Under the pieces are notes generated by a model. It saw only the letters and a program-made list of their open reading frames with translations. It was not told the DNA's origin and searched no databases. Of a DNA stretch of 64,000 bases, positions 29,200 through 43,874 are shown in pieces; position 1 is the first letter of the stretch, and each line of letters opens with the position of its first letter. The DNA comes from the human T2T-CHM13v2.0 reference genome, Homo sapiens. The translations under genes and the position numbers were made by a program. The stretch lies in assembly GCF_009914755.1 (NCBI RefSeq), contig NC_060945.1; one strand, given 5' to 3'.

Positions 29200-29690
29200 T
29201 AGTAAGATATTAAAAAGCAACCACAAAATAACTGTGACAAATAAAAATAAATATTTATTTTTTGCTACCAAATCTACAAGTTTGCTGGGTGACTTTCTTG
29301 GCTCACTTGATGTTGGCTGACCTTGCCCATGATTCTGCACACAACAGACAGGTTGTAGCATGCTGCTGTAGTTTGGCCTTAGTTGGAGTGACTCAGTTCT
29401 CCTTCATATATTCTCTCATCCTTCAGTAGGCTAACTCAGGACTTGTCCTTATGGTGGTGGCAGGGATTCAACGAGAGAGCAGGAGTGCACACAGCTATTA
29501 GAGTCTTAGGTTTAATCACTTCTACCACATTCCATGGGCCAAAGAAAATCACTAAGATAGCCAAAATTCAAGACATGGGGAAGTAAATATTATCTCCCAA
29601 TGGAAGGAGCTACAAAGTCATGTTTTATATGGCATGGATATAGAAGAACTAGAAAATTGAGACCATTTTTTACAATAAATCTACCAAATC
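29200..29690 (-). mobile_element. Old MLT1-family LTR
   Basis: Degenerate MLT1 motifs (cacttctaccacattccatgggccaaag...gagctacaaagtcatg). Confidence 0.6.
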
Positions 29691-29991
29691 TAACATATAA
29701 AAAAATAAAAACATATAATGATTTATGGGTCATCTAATATGTTGTTTTAATAAAAATTTGATATCCTGCTCATACGAATGGGAAAAAGTTTTTTCTGCTA
29801 ATACAAAGTGGACTTAGACCGTCATCTACATGTCACACCAGTTTGGAGTGCAGTAATGTATAATGTCAATTATTATCCAGCATGATTTAGAAGACAGAAT
29901 GTGAAAGCCAAGAAGGCAGATCGTAAAATCAACTTGTAGTTCAGGCTTTGTATAACAGATAGTTCAAATAGAAAAGAAGGTAAAGAATTGA

Positions 29992-30287
<296 letters not shown>

Positions 30288-32139
30288 GAATTGAGTTCAC
30301 ACAAAAATGAGTTGAAATTATTAGGCATTAAGAAAAACTGACAGACGTTAATGAAATGGAAGAAGCCAAGGGACCAGAGATCAGAGTGTGGGTGAAATGT
30401 GTGTATTGAGGCCAGCCCTGCCTTAGCCTTTGTGAGGCCTAGAGCCAGAGTACACATGATGTTCCCCACACTAGATACCTACACGTTTAAAAATTATAAT
30501 GAAACCTAGCAAATTGTTATATAAAATATGTCTACTACTCATCTCTTGATTAACCTACCTTTATGACAATCCAGAAGGGCTGGAGGACCACACCGGAATG
30601 GACAGCACAGGAAGGGCCAGCCCCAGTTCTCAGCCTGCCATCTTGTCTCCCGGCCTGACTTCATCTCATACCAACACATCTGGTCCATCCTGTGACTCAG
30701 CATGCAGTCTGAGAAGGAAGTACAGAGGCTCCAAGTGGGCTTTTGCATTTGGCCCCATGAAAGCCTCAGCCCATCAGAAGGCTTGTAGCCAGAGGAGAAG
30801 CAGAGAAGGGCTTTTTATAAAGGTAAACTTTTTGCCTAGGACTAAGAGGTAGTATTGTAGTAACAAGGATTTGAAGAACAGAAATCTGTGGAATTTAAAA
30901 TCTAATCTCCAAATAATCAAAGCGAACCATAAAATATATGTTCAATGTACTTGGTTGCTGAAGTAAAAATAAGATAATATTAAGATTGAGGCAAATCAAG
31001 ATACTGGATAAAGCAGGCCCACAGGTGAACAAACTTAGGGATACTGAAGGGCCCTGGTCAAGAGCCAAAGATAGAATAAGGGGGACCCTGACATATCAAG
31101 TGTCAAAGACTATGATGAATGAAAGAAACAGTGAGGTTCAAGAGAGGGCAGAATGAGTAGAAATGATGACATGAAAATCCTGTATCACCAAATGGCGGAC
31201 TTTAGCACAGGTGGATTTGGGAGAACATGGACGTGGAATCACTTGGAAGACACATGAAGAGCAAGAAAAAGACTGTTGATACCACCTCCTACTGTTATCA
31301 AGAGCACTTCACGTGAAAACAAGCATCCGTTATTTAAAGGCTGGGGAAGAACCAAGTTTCAGATTATAAAGAAGGTAAAGGAAGCAACGAGAGTGAAGCA
31401 ATAGGAAGGGGTAGGTTTCCAACGCTCTGTGGTAATGGAACCATGACCACATTCCACACCGTTGCATCACCAGGGCCACACACAGTGCCCAGCACACTGT
31501 ATGTGCCTCATTAAAATAGCTGAATTTATGCATTACATTTGACAGAAGAAAATCTTTCTAACAGTGGTTCTTTCCAAGGAACACATAAAACATTATAAAG
31601 AATTGCGTAGACCTTCAGAAAGGGGATCACATAAAGCATTAGATGGCTTTTCAGTTCTGTTCCAAAACTGTGAGTCTACCATGCTGGTTAGGGTACCTGA
31701 GTTTCAGTGCCCCAATATTTATAACACAAATGTAAATTACACATGAAACACACACCCCTACAAACATTGCACAAGATTTTTTAAGTTATTATGTCCATAA
31801 TTTAAAGCTGAAAAGTCCAGCTATCTATAGGTTATAAATATCACAAATCTCCACTGTGATTTTAATATTTAGAGAAAAAAGTCAAAAAGAATGTGACCAT
31901 CTCCTAATGAATGCAATTACTAAAAATATCATCAATTAGAAATGATTTTCACATCAACAGAGCAGTCATAACAGTGTTTTTGAAACTACAGGTGGCAGGC
32001 TATTAGTTGTCATGAGCAGAATGTTTTAATGAAATAAAAAATGTAAAACACATTTCACATTGTACATAACGATTGCTTGATTAAACTCATCTTGGTCATG
32101 TATCATAGATATTGAAGTATTTTTAAATGCTTTATTATT

Positions 32140-33050
32140 TGTTATGTATTTATTTATTGCTCAAACATTTACAGAGTACCTCCCGTGCTAACACTTGAAG
32201 GTAAAATTCATTTTAAAAGACATGCAAAGTTTCTTTAGAGCTCATAATTGAATGGCAACAGCAGATAATTATACAAGCAAAGAAGCATGAAAATAGAAAA
32301 GTAAAAGTTGTCAAGGGAGATCAAAAGTAACTCAAGGGGTAAGGAAGAACCACTTTAGAAAAAGTATGGATTAAGATGATACTTAAAGAATGAGTGAGGG
32401 TGAGCTTAGCGATCAGTCAGGCTGGTATATTCTATACAGGAGAATAGCAAGAGGCAAGAAAGAAAATATCACGTTAATAAACTGAAAGGAATCCAACCAA
32501 CTTAGAGCATAGAGTGTGAGAAGGTTAATAACTGGAGGTGAGGATGGGAGGGTAGGCAGGGGTCAGATTGTACATGGCCTTATGAACCATATACAACAAT
32601 TTGAACCTTAAAGCAGGACACTTGGAAACCTACAAAGGATTATAAACTGGTTGGTAACATGATCAAATTTTAATCTCAGCAGAGTAGAAAATATAAAAAG
32701 AAAGGAGTAAGACAGGAGATTAAGTGACAAATCAGGAGGCATCTATCCAAGTGAGAGGTGCCGATGAGTTGGCCCAGGGTGGTGAGTGAGGATGAGGAAG
32801 CATCATTTAATTGGATGTTGGCACCAGAGCCCATGACTCTTGCCCACTAAGGTTGGAATAGGGGAAGAGGAGCCCATTTGTGGTATAATGAATCTGTTCA
32901 GCCCAGATATCAGTTGACTTTGTAGGGCTTAACAGACATCTAAGTGTTATGGCCATGGGGCAGATAAATAAAAGGCCCAGACACCAGCAGAGAGGTCTGC
33001 CCTGTAGATACTAATATGCTCAAGCCCTTAATGAATAAATAGTAACTGGA
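32140..33050 (-). mobile_element. L2 LINE fragment
   Basis: Purine-rich antisense L2 (caaacatttacagagtacc...ggtaggcaggggtcagat...catgatcaaattt). Confidence 0.7.
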
Positions 33051-33792
33051 CATTTTCAGGGTTCAAATAACCATGAGAAGACAAAATTGGCCCTAACTGA
33101 AAGCTTAAGCATTATGAATTTTGGTCATGTTCACTTACTATCTGCAAATGAAACACATAGATATTAAAACCTACCTAGTCACATAAATGGAGAAAATAAT
33201 ACAATACCATAACTATAGAGAAGAAACAACAAAGAGGTGCTTTATAATGCTTCAATATGCAAATGCACATTTTTAAGAAAATACTAGTGAATAATATTTA
33301 TTCTCTACATAGGACATGGTGAGCACGGCATCTACAGACTTAATAAATCATGGTTTATAAATGATTTTGATTCCACAAGGAACACCGCCTCTGGGAACAT
33401 AACTTTTCAAAATGGTAAGAAATTCTTGAGTAAACTTCTTAATTATACCATACACACTCTTTGTCAAGTACCACAGTTGTTTCAATGCTGGAAATTTCAG
33501 GGCATATGAAAATGACACAAGTAAACAAAAAAAATGCTTTGTTTATATTTAAAACAAAAAGGTCACTTATTTATAATTAGGTTTAGCATCCCCTTCCCTG
33601 TCACTTACGTGTATATCAGGCAGGACATTTGAAAGTTACATGAAACCTGGGCAAGTTCTTCACTGTACCAGTCTCTACAAGGGTTTTGAAAGATGTATCA
33701 TCTCTGGTCCATTCTTGTTAATAAAGCTGATAGCCCAACACCTCAAATGTGACAACTAAAAGCACTACATTTCTAAAATATTCCATAGGGAG

Positions 33793-34226
33793 CGTTGAAG
33801 TGAACTAAATATGGCCTAAGAAGGACTCCGTACTTCTGTAGTTGAGTCCTTTTGGAGGAACTGCAACCTAGCTTAATAGGTAGATAAGACTGAAAACCTA
33901 ATTTAGGAGTATGTGTTTGTAACAATAGCTGAGACTTGGCCAATTCCAGTGGCGATATTTCAACCATTCATACACTGCTGAGTGTTCAAACTGTGTTCGA
34001 ATAAGGCAAACGCCAACCTGTAACCAATCCAGCTGCTCTGTACCTCACTTCCAATTCCTATATGGCATTTCCCTTTTTTTGTCTGTAATTCTTCTTCCAC
34101 CATGTGGCTGTGCTGAAGTCTCTGTGAATCTGCTGTGAATCTGCTGTGGGCTGCCTGATTCACGAATCATTGGTTGCTCAATTAAACTCCTTTAAATTTA
34201 ATTCACCTGCAGTTTTTCTTTTATCA
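33793..34226 (+). mobile_element. MER57A-like ERV1 solo LTR
   Basis: actaaatatggcc..gaaggactccgtacttct, CCAAT boxes, attaaa signal; 4-bp TSD ggag. Confidence 0.88.
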
Positions 34227-34348
34227 GGAGAAACTCCAATGCTGATTTAGAACAGAAAATAGAAGCATGGAGCTTTCTAAGGAAACAGAGAACAAATAAC
34301 CAGAATGATAGGAGGGGGAAAAAAAAATCCCTAAATTTAGTACAACTA

Positions 34349-34619
34349 TTTTTTTTTTTTTTTTTTTTTTGAGACAGAGTTTCGCTCTGTTGCTCAGGCT
34401 AGAGTGCAGTGGTGCGATCTCAGCTCAGTGCAACCTCCACTTCCCGGATTCAAGCTATTCTCCTGCCTCAGCCTCCTGAGTACCTGGAACTACAGGTGCC
34501 CACCATCATGCCTGGCTAATTTTTGTATTTTTAGTAGAGACAGGGTTTCACCATGTTGGCCAGACTGGTCTCGAACTCCTGACCTCAGGTAATCCACTGG
34601 CCTCAGCCTCCCAAAGTGC
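34349..34619 (-). mobile_element. AluS, slightly 5'-truncated
   Basis: Antisense Alu ending at cccaaagtgc; TSD aactat. Confidence 0.93.
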
Positions 34620-34707
34620 AACTATCTCATTTTTTATCTGACACCTAAGCAGCGCTTAACAGCACTAAATCTGGCAACATGTTGATCATGGAGTTACTAC
34701 GGAGGGG

Positions 34708-34806
34708 AATCCAAAGTCATCTTCAAACCAAAACCTTCCAGGAAAATAAGTTTATAAGTTATAAGTTGTCAGTATGACGACATTGAAAATGTTTCCCTTG
34801 GCGAAG
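34708..34806 (+). repeat. 99-bp direct duplication, copy 1 (partner 36855-36953)
   Basis: 97 of 99 bases identical. Confidence 0.97.
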
Positions 34807-35586
34807 AGAGTGTTAGTAGGAACACAGGACTGATTTCTGGGAGCTGAAGAATGATAATGCAAACACAAGTTCCAGCGATCGGCCAGATGCAAGCACAGGT
34901 TTATTAACTTAATTTGATGTTTGTTTTGTAGGCTGCTTTGTTTCATGCCTTAGATGAGAAAGACTTGAACATGTATAAATGAAGCAAGGCATGAGTGGAC
35001 AGAGAGAAGTTAAATATGCAGAAGACAGTTAAGTGTTTTTTTACCTGACAAAGAGGAAGACGGAGGAAACCTTTTCACAGTGGGATTTGCTCCATGCTGC
35101 CCAAGGGAAAATCTGATTTACATGTAGATGCAAGTAAGTTCTTGGTTTTGGCACCAGGAGACTCAGAGGTTGTCTTCCATAGGCTGGCATTTCTCCAGTG
35201 ATGTCAGAGAGGCTGGGATCAAAGGGAACCAGACAGGAAGTGGAAGGATCTGAAATATAAAAAGAGAGCACGTTTGAAGTAGTTGCGGTGCGGTGGATAA
35301 TGGGAAAAGCTGCACAGACAAATTTTATTTTTAAAATGGGGGGTAGATAGCTATCTAAACTGATAAGTAGCATTTATTAGAAGATTTTTATACATGTTGA
35401 ATATTGAAGATAAGTGTTCTGAAAAACATACAGTTCCAGTAAAGGAACATAAAATAATATTTCCTGACAACTTTGAGGGAAAGATTGGTTAATGCCACAG
35501 GAATTGCTCGGATTTTGGAGAAGAACATGGACTACAACAGAGGGCCATTTTCTGTGTGTAAAACAAAATGCTGCTTGCTTGCTTGC

Positions 35587-35897
35587 TTTTTTTCTTTCTT
35601 TTTTTTTTCTTTTTTTGAGACCAACTCTTGCTCTGTGGCCCAGGCTGGAGTGCAATGGTGCAATTTCGGCTCACTGCAATCTCTACCTCCTGGGTTTAAG
35701 TGATTCTTCTGCCTCAGGCTCCTGAGTAGCTGGGACTATAGGTGTGTGTAACACTCCCAACTAATTTTTGTATTTTTAGTATAGGTGGAGTTTCACCATG
35801 TTTGCCAGGCTGGTCTCAAAATCCTGACCTCAAATGATCCACCCACCTCAACCTCCCAAAGTGCTGGGATGACAAGTGTGAGCCACCTCTCTCGGTC
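35587..35897 (-). mobile_element. AluS
   Basis: Full antisense Alu; flanks share cttgcttt. Confidence 0.93.
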
Positions 35898-36549
35898 ACT
35901 TCTTGCTTTCAAAGCAAGAACTTAGCACCTGCTTTAAACCTACACACTGTATATTCAGTCAGGTAATAAGTCACTAATAAGGTTTAGTTCTTCTATTTGT
36001 ACCTATCATTGTAAGTTGTTTCAAGATGCCCTCAAAAAGAGAAGGAAAATACTCAGACCACTTTGCAAGAGGTCGAGTTTTAGGAGTTCAACACAAAGTT
36101 AACCAAATGGACTCCATCATGTTTGCAAAAGACTTTCCAGTATTAATAAAATATAACATCATTATAAGTAAAGATTCCTACTGGGATGATATCAGGAACA
36201 CAGAGAGGCTACCTCTTTGTTTTGTTGCAGAAATGAGGGAGGAAATCAAGAGGAGGAAAGGAATTATATCCCAGTGCCATCTGAAGGGTGATTATTTCAA
36301 GGCTTCTGAAATAATTCAAGAGCTTAAGTACTTCCTCCTTTTTGGAAACCTGAGTAGTTGTAGTTTAAACCTTCATTCTTTCCCTAATAGAGATGAGGAA
36401 TTAGTAGCTCTGGAAAATTGGATTTAAGAAACATTTAGATACCTATTTGGTGCTGTGGGGACACTAAAATGAAAAGCCACAAAACAGCTCACCAGCAAGC
36501 TCTAGAGAATGACTCATTTGTATGTAGTTGGGATACAAAACAGGGATCA

Positions 36550-36755
36550 CAGCATAGGGGCTGAAAGCCCTTGACTCATATCTAGAATTTAATTCTGGTC
36601 TTATGATTTATTAACCGTGTCACTAACTTTGCATAAGTTACTCTTCCAGGCTTTAGTTCTCTTTTCTGTCAGTACATGTGAGAAACTACAAAGTGTCTAT
36701 AATGATGCTTATCACGCATGAAATGAGTAACAAATGGAAAATGGAAGCTATTGTT
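36550..36755 (+). mobile_element. MIR SINE
   Basis: Degenerate MIR core (cagcatagggg...ctttgcataagttactc...ttagttctctt). Confidence 0.5.
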
Positions 36756-36854
36756 AAGTGATGTGGAGGTCAATTTAAACTGAAAGATGTTAAAGTATAG
36801 AGAAAAAGGCCTTTATTTTCCCCAACGCACACTTTTATTTCAGGCCAGATTCAA

Positions 36855-36953
36855 AATCCAAAGTCATCTTCAAACCAAAACCTTCCAGGAAAATAAGTTT
36901 ATAAGTTATAAGTTGTCACTATGACCACATTGAAAATGTTTCCCTTGGCGAAG
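36855..36953 (+). repeat. 99-bp direct duplication, copy 2 (partner 34708-34806)
   Basis: 97 of 99 bases identical. Confidence 0.97.
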
Positions 36954-38309
36954 GTCATCTGTGGAGAGAGGCTTTCATTTTGGGAGCTACATATATTAGA
37001 TTTTGCTATCAGAAAATTCCCCACCTCCAAACATCTAAATTACATCAGCTATAATCTGATTACTCTTGAATTTACTTCAACAGCACCAAAAATCATGTTC
37101 TATCTTTAGGGCTTATATCACTGCCATGACAAATACCACTGAAAATAATAATAATTGTTCCTCTGGGCTTCGCAACCCTCTTACAACAGCTGTTTTTGGG
37201 TTAATGACCCAATATGAAACATTCCATTCTAAATAAACCCATAAAAATACATTTACCACCTCAGCAAACCTTTAAAATGCATGGGCCCTGATTTAAAACA
37301 CCAAAATAAAGAGTAAAGTTTAGTTTTCTTTAACCTCTAACTTAATAACCCTGAGTATATCTGGAGTATATTTTACATAGCTTCTAATTTTATCAAGTTT
37401 TATGTAAAACCTAAGCAACTTATAACAAATCATCACTCCTTCTTTGTCGTCCTATACTCTTAGTTGATGTTAAGAAAAGCACAAAATTTGTGGGGGTTGA
37501 GTCAAATTAAGATCGTATACAACTAATGGATCTATTACATATTATAAAAATTATCTTTAAAGCCTCTTGCTACAGACAGGAATTATAACCCTCATTTTAT
37601 TCCAGAGACCTAAGGTCCCAGAAGCAGTGAATGACAGAGCTAGAATGTAGGTCTGATTCCTTTAGACTTTTCACTTCCCCCAGTCCCTCTCCCAGTCAGG
37701 AAATATAAGGGCCCACCAGCCCCAATATTTCTCTGCTAGGATTTTTAAAAAAATAGATTTCATTGATTTTTTTAAAAATCTATGAAAGAACAAGATGTCT
37801 CAGAAAAAACAGGATTCACTCTACCTTTGACCTACCCTCCTTCAAGGCTCTCTCGTCCAGCGTTCATATGCTCCCACCCCCAGAATGGGAGAAAACAGCA
37901 GTATCTTTGAATCTGTTAATAATATTCATAGCTGCCATTCCTGACATATGTGGAAGCCAGAATATGTCTATAATAAGTATAGCAAATTGCATAATAATAT
38001 ATATGTATAATATCAATTTTGGAAGAAAAAGTGTGTGTATTATTTGTACAAGCATAGTTTAAAGTGTAGTTTCTGCAGAAAAAATAAAATTTGCGATGGG
38101 AGAAGACCTTAGTTTTTTACTTTATGCAATTCAAGCATAAGTTGTTTTTATAAGAAATGCATATCACTTTCATAATAAAAGAAAAATAACCAAAAGAAGT
38201 AATGGTGTAAAAATCTGTATCGTGGCTATCTTTGGGGGGAATGAGAGATTGGAGTAATATTTGAGAAGGGTCATGAGGAGAGCTTGTGTGGGTAATATTG
38301 ATATTTTAA

Positions 38310-38622
38310 TTTTTTCTTTTTCTTTTTTTCTTCAGAGACAGGGTCTCAGCCTGACACCCAAGCTGGAGTGCAGTGGTGGGCTCATCACTAATTGCAGCCT
38401 CTATCTCTGGGGCTCAAGCCATCCTCTCACCTCAGCCACCCAGAGTAGCTAAGACCACAGGCATGTGCCACCACGCTCAGCTAATTTTATTTTATTTTAT
38501 TTTTTAGAGACAGGGTCTCACCATATTGCCCAGGCTGGTCTAGAACTCCTAGGCCCAAGAGATTCTGCCCCCTTGGCCGTCCAAAATGCCAGGATTACAG
38601 ACATGAGCCACCGTGCCTGGCC
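38310..38622 (-). mobile_element. AluJ within an old L1 3' end
   Basis: J-type positions (gagacagggtctc, ggctcaagccatcctc); TSD atattttaa. Confidence 0.9.
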
Positions 38623-41274
38623 AATATTTTAACTTTTGATCTAGGTAGTGGTTACTTGGCTCATTGGTTCATAATACTTTTTTGATTTTCACATCTTTCT
38701 TTTGTATCATTTTAATCAAACTGCTTTTAAAAAGAGTCACCAAAATCAATTACCAACATGTTCAGGTTAATTATACGTTTGGATTTTACTCCTGTTTCCC
38801 AGTGTAATTGTTGATAATGCTGACTTGTGCTCCCTAAAGTTTTCTCATTTGGACAATAAATTACATGGTTTTCTATAAGTAGCCTACAAGCATTGTAGTA
38901 TTTTTAAAGCTGAAATAAACCTTAGAGGTCAACTAGGGCCCAGTGGTTTCCAAAATGTTGCCAAGAAAGCATTCTGAAATGTGTGGTAAGGTTTTTGGTT
39001 GTCCCAATGCCTAGAAAGACTATGGGTATTTAGCATAGGGTAGCCAATGGTGCTTATTTCTCTACAGTATGATAGAACTACACAAAGGAATGTGATCTCA
39101 GTCTTGTTTTAAAGAAAAAAAAAACCCTGAAATCCAAAATGTTAACTGAATTGCCTAAGAGCACATTCTTAATAAAGAGTAGATCCCATGACTAAAACCT
39201 TAGGTTCTTGCCTTATCTACCAGCCTTCTTAGGCACTACGCCAAAACCAAAAAGCTGTTGCTCCATCTTTCCTTTCTTCCTTCCCTTTTGTCTTCATCCT
39301 TTTCTCATTTGACTTTCAAACTAAAAATGTGGGTTTTTTAACCTACAAAATAAAGGCAATACCTTTCAACTTTTACTTATAAGTGGTAGAAGATTCAATT
39401 TAGCATCAGAAAGCAGGGAATTGTTTATTAGCCAGCTGCAATAAGTAATTTGGGGGTAAATCATTCTGAAATACATATTAAAGTCATAAAATTGCATTTC
39501 TTCTCACCCTTCTCTTCTCCCTCCAGGTTTTCCTCCCTCACCATGAAGTTCAGTTGCCTATCCCCCAGAATACAGGATACAACATCTGTGGTGGCTTCTA
39601 CTGAGATTTATTTTCTACATTTTCATTAAAATAGCAACTGAATTGACTCAATAAAATGTTGCTTATCCTAATAAAGCCCTTTAGAGCCTTGCAAATTTGC
39701 ATTTAATACTCTTTAGTGTCATTACAGCATTAATAATCTGTGCCTAAAGAGCAATAAAAAAAAAAAACCTTTATACTTTGTATTTAATAGAGGTAGCTTC
39801 ATAACCCTTCATTTTCATGTGACTCGGATCTTAACGTACCTTAAATGGAATCTCTGACTTAGGCTGAGTAAATCTGAGACTTCTTATAATCTATTGGTCC
39901 TCCCTGTATTTCCCAGTCATGAAAAATAACACAGATACATTGCAAGCACCACAGTATGAGCCTTAAGCATCTCCTTAAGAATTAATGATTTCTGATTTAC
40001 TCAAAGTCTTCTCATTGCTAATGGATCTGAGACAGGAAGAGAATAAAAAGAAATGGAGGTGGAGAAGTAAGGGTAATAAGTTTGCACAAATCATCTGCTT
40101 CTTGTGGAGAAATTTTTCACTGCTAACAACTGTACTGAAGGCATTGTGCAGTTAGCTGGAAGGCGTGAAAATAAACTGATAAACAGGAGACCAGCAGGTA
40201 TGATCTAGGGGACTCACATGTCCCAATGTTTTTATTTATTTTTCCTTCAAGTCATTGCCAAAAAATCACATCCAGCAACAATTTGTGTCTTTTTTGGTAT
40301 CTGAACACAATCTGATGGGAGAATCATTTTTATTTTTCCATTGTGTTCGAGATCCATTTTGAAAAAAAAAATCAATGAGAGAAGGTGAAAGAGTATTGGA
40401 AACTGAGAGATCCACTAGTGGAAAGACACAGGCTGGGCACCCCGCATTTTCCAGGAAGTGCATCTGCTGTGCTACGGTAATAGTTCTTTTGAGCCCTGTC
40501 TGGGCTCAAACTACTATTTAATGTTCAGAGCCTCGGGTTTGCTCTGAGCTCAAGTATGATTATAACAATTTTAAAGCTCAATGAAAATAAGAGATGAATG
40601 AAATGAAAATGAAATGAAAAGCTGTAGAATATCATGCAGCACAGCAGCCTAACGCATCTGGCATAGAAACAAACCAAGAATGTCTTATTTTTCAAAGGGA
40701 GAGAAATAAAAAAAAAAAACTAAAAAAAGAAGATGAATATATCAAAATTGTCATATAACAATAAAATAATATAGTTTGAAATGCAAAAAAATAGTAAGGA
40801 AGAGAAGGAGAAGGAGATGGTTAGTGAAGTTCGATGCTAAAAAAAAAATCACTGATTAAAAGGAGAGAAAAATGTTCAAACTAAGCAAGAATGTAAGTGA
40901 ATAATGCATTTAAGAATTAAATAAAAAAGCCAAGAACTTGAAGCTCTCAGGCTCTCACTCAGATAAAAGTTCCCTGACAGAGGGAAGCAGCTTCTGCTCT
41001 GGTGACTTCATGCAGGGGTGAATATATCTAAAAAGGAACGATTCAGGCAAAAACAAGAAGGAGAGAGTTTACCAATGGAAGTACAGAAAACATGAAAATT
41101 CAAAAATTGAGGAAATGGTCTAATTGTCTTTAAAATAATATATCTCAGCAAAATGATACAATGGAAGATTAAGCCTGAATTTAATGACCATTTAAAAACA
41201 TGGCATCACCAAACCAATAACTTCTATGTCAAAAAGTACAAGCCAATTTACAAATGGCTTTAACCAAATCTTCA

Positions 41275-41692
<418 letters not shown>

Positions 41693-42787
41693 TCATGTAG
41701 ATTAGACAAAGGCAGGGGATCTTGCAAATCAGTAAAAAAGTGATGATCTATAATTCAGTAAATGTTTCTGATCCTTCATATAAACCAAGATAAAATTAAA
41801 GTCCCAGATCTCACATGTGAAAACACATGCAGTAAACAACCTTTTAAAAATCTTTTCATCAGACATGTACAAATGCTACATGAGTTTTTCCTATCCAATA
41901 AGCTGTTCTTGTACATTATTTTCTTATATTTTAAATACCATGAAAGGGCACAGAAAATCACAATTTAGGATGAGAAACATAAGTCTGTGGCATGATGAGA
42001 GATGCAGCGAATTGTGTATTTTTAAAATGCCTATACGAAAATCTAAGACATCAAAATTGCCATTATACTGGTTTTTGAAGAGGTACTTTCTTTACCCAAT
42101 CTGTTACCACTTATTTAAAGAGGTAACCTTTTTTTAAGAAATGCTTTCAGATCTGATTTATAATTTACCCCTTAGTTAAAGAATAAGCTTTATTTCTTGT
42201 AGAGAAGAAACTAGTAAGCATTCACTGAGATGAACAGCTTCGTTTAGCCTCCTTAATTCATTTTCATTCACTAGATATTAGGAGTATAACTCAGAGAAGG
42301 AAAAAAAATTTTCCATTGAAACAAAGACATCTCAGTTTGGATAAATATATTATTTGTGAGCAAAGAAAGTGAAGTTTCTCTATTAACTACAGAATAAACA
42401 TGAGTTTAAAAAAAAAAAAGAGCAGAAACTTGGCTTTTCATTTCAGTTCCTGCACTAGCTGTGTTGTTTGAAATATCAAAACATATTTGTATTTGTATTT
42501 TGCAAAAACGGGAATAATATCAACCTACTTCACAGAACCCATAAAGAGTATGATAATAAGTAACATAACATGAATGGAATTGTACATAAAAAGTATGTAA
42601 AAACAAGAAAATAGTTGAATATGTATATTATTACATGTGAACATGAAAAGAGCTTAATGTATACAAGCGACCTTCATCTGCACTGAATTACCTCACTTGT
42701 GATGAAGATGAGATGAAGATAAAGGATCATACAAAATTCAAACCAAAGTGTGAATTTTTCCCAAGAGTACCAAAATGTTACTGAATA

Positions 42788-42789
<2 letters not shown>

Positions 42790-42819
<30 letters not shown>
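42790..42819. repeat. (GT)15 microsatellite
   Basis: Perfect dinucleotide run. Confidence 0.97.
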
Positions 42820-42821
<2 letters not shown>

Positions 42822-43582
42822 ATCCAAAAAATTTTATCTCAGCAGAGGCATCCCATGAATAAGAGTAGGATGTATGTGATTAGAAAAGAAAGAGTAGCAA
42901 AGTTTCCTCATCATTTTGGTTAACAATTGCTTATACATTTACTTTTGAATTTCTCATTTGCTTAATTCTGCAGGACAGATGAAATAATTGTTAATACCTT
43001 TTTCCTCCCAAGGAAATCTAAGTCTTTCCTCTATGTTATTCTCTAAGTAAACTAATCTGTTAACATAGAGATTAGTTGAAATCTAATCTCTTAGATTCTT
43101 AACTTGAAAGGTACATTCTAGTTACCCATTATTTTCTATGTGGTTAAAAAGTCACTGCCAAAAAGCCCAGAAGATGGCCATAAAATAATTTTTCTGCTTC
43201 ACCTTAATGATAAATTTACAAAATTAATTCTGTGACTGAAAATGTCTTGTATTATATTTCCATGTGAGTTTTTCTCTCTTCTCTACTAATCTTCAACCTT
43301 CTGAAGACTGGACATTATTTAATCATGTTAGCAAGCATTCGAGTTTTTAACAAGGATCTTTGCACACAGATATGCCCAACCAATGTTTCTTCCATTACAG
43401 AACCAAATTAAAAACAAGGAAGATGACAGGGATTATGCTTTCTCATTATTTTTATGTTTTACATAATTCAGCAGTACCGTGTTGCAATAAGAGCATAGCA
43501 ATCAATATTTCTTGAATATATAACTAAGTGCAATCTGAAAAGTAAATGAATGAGCACATAAGCAGCTAAGAACCACAGAGAG

Positions 43583-43874
43583 GGCCTGGTGTAGTGGCTC
43601 ACGCCTGTAATCCCAGCACTTTGGGAGACCAAGTTGGACAGATCACTTGAGGTCAGGAGTTTGAGACCAGCCTAGCCAACATGGTAAAACCTCGTCTGTA
43701 CTAAAATACAAAAATTAGCCAGGCATGGTGCTGGCAGCCTGTACTCCCAGCTACTCAGGAGGCTGAGGGAGGAGAATAGCTTGACCCCAGGAGGTGGAGG
43801 TTGCAGTGAGCCGAGAGCGTGCCACTTCACTCCAGCCTAGGTGACAGAGTGAGATTCCGTCTCAAAAAAAAAAA
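43583..43874 (+). mobile_element. AluS
   Basis: Full Alu; TSD agaaccacagaga. Confidence 0.94.

Noticed and set aside
36026-36427. 133-aa ORF in unique sequence
   Set aside because: No recognisable domain, promoter or convincing splice context; compatible with chance
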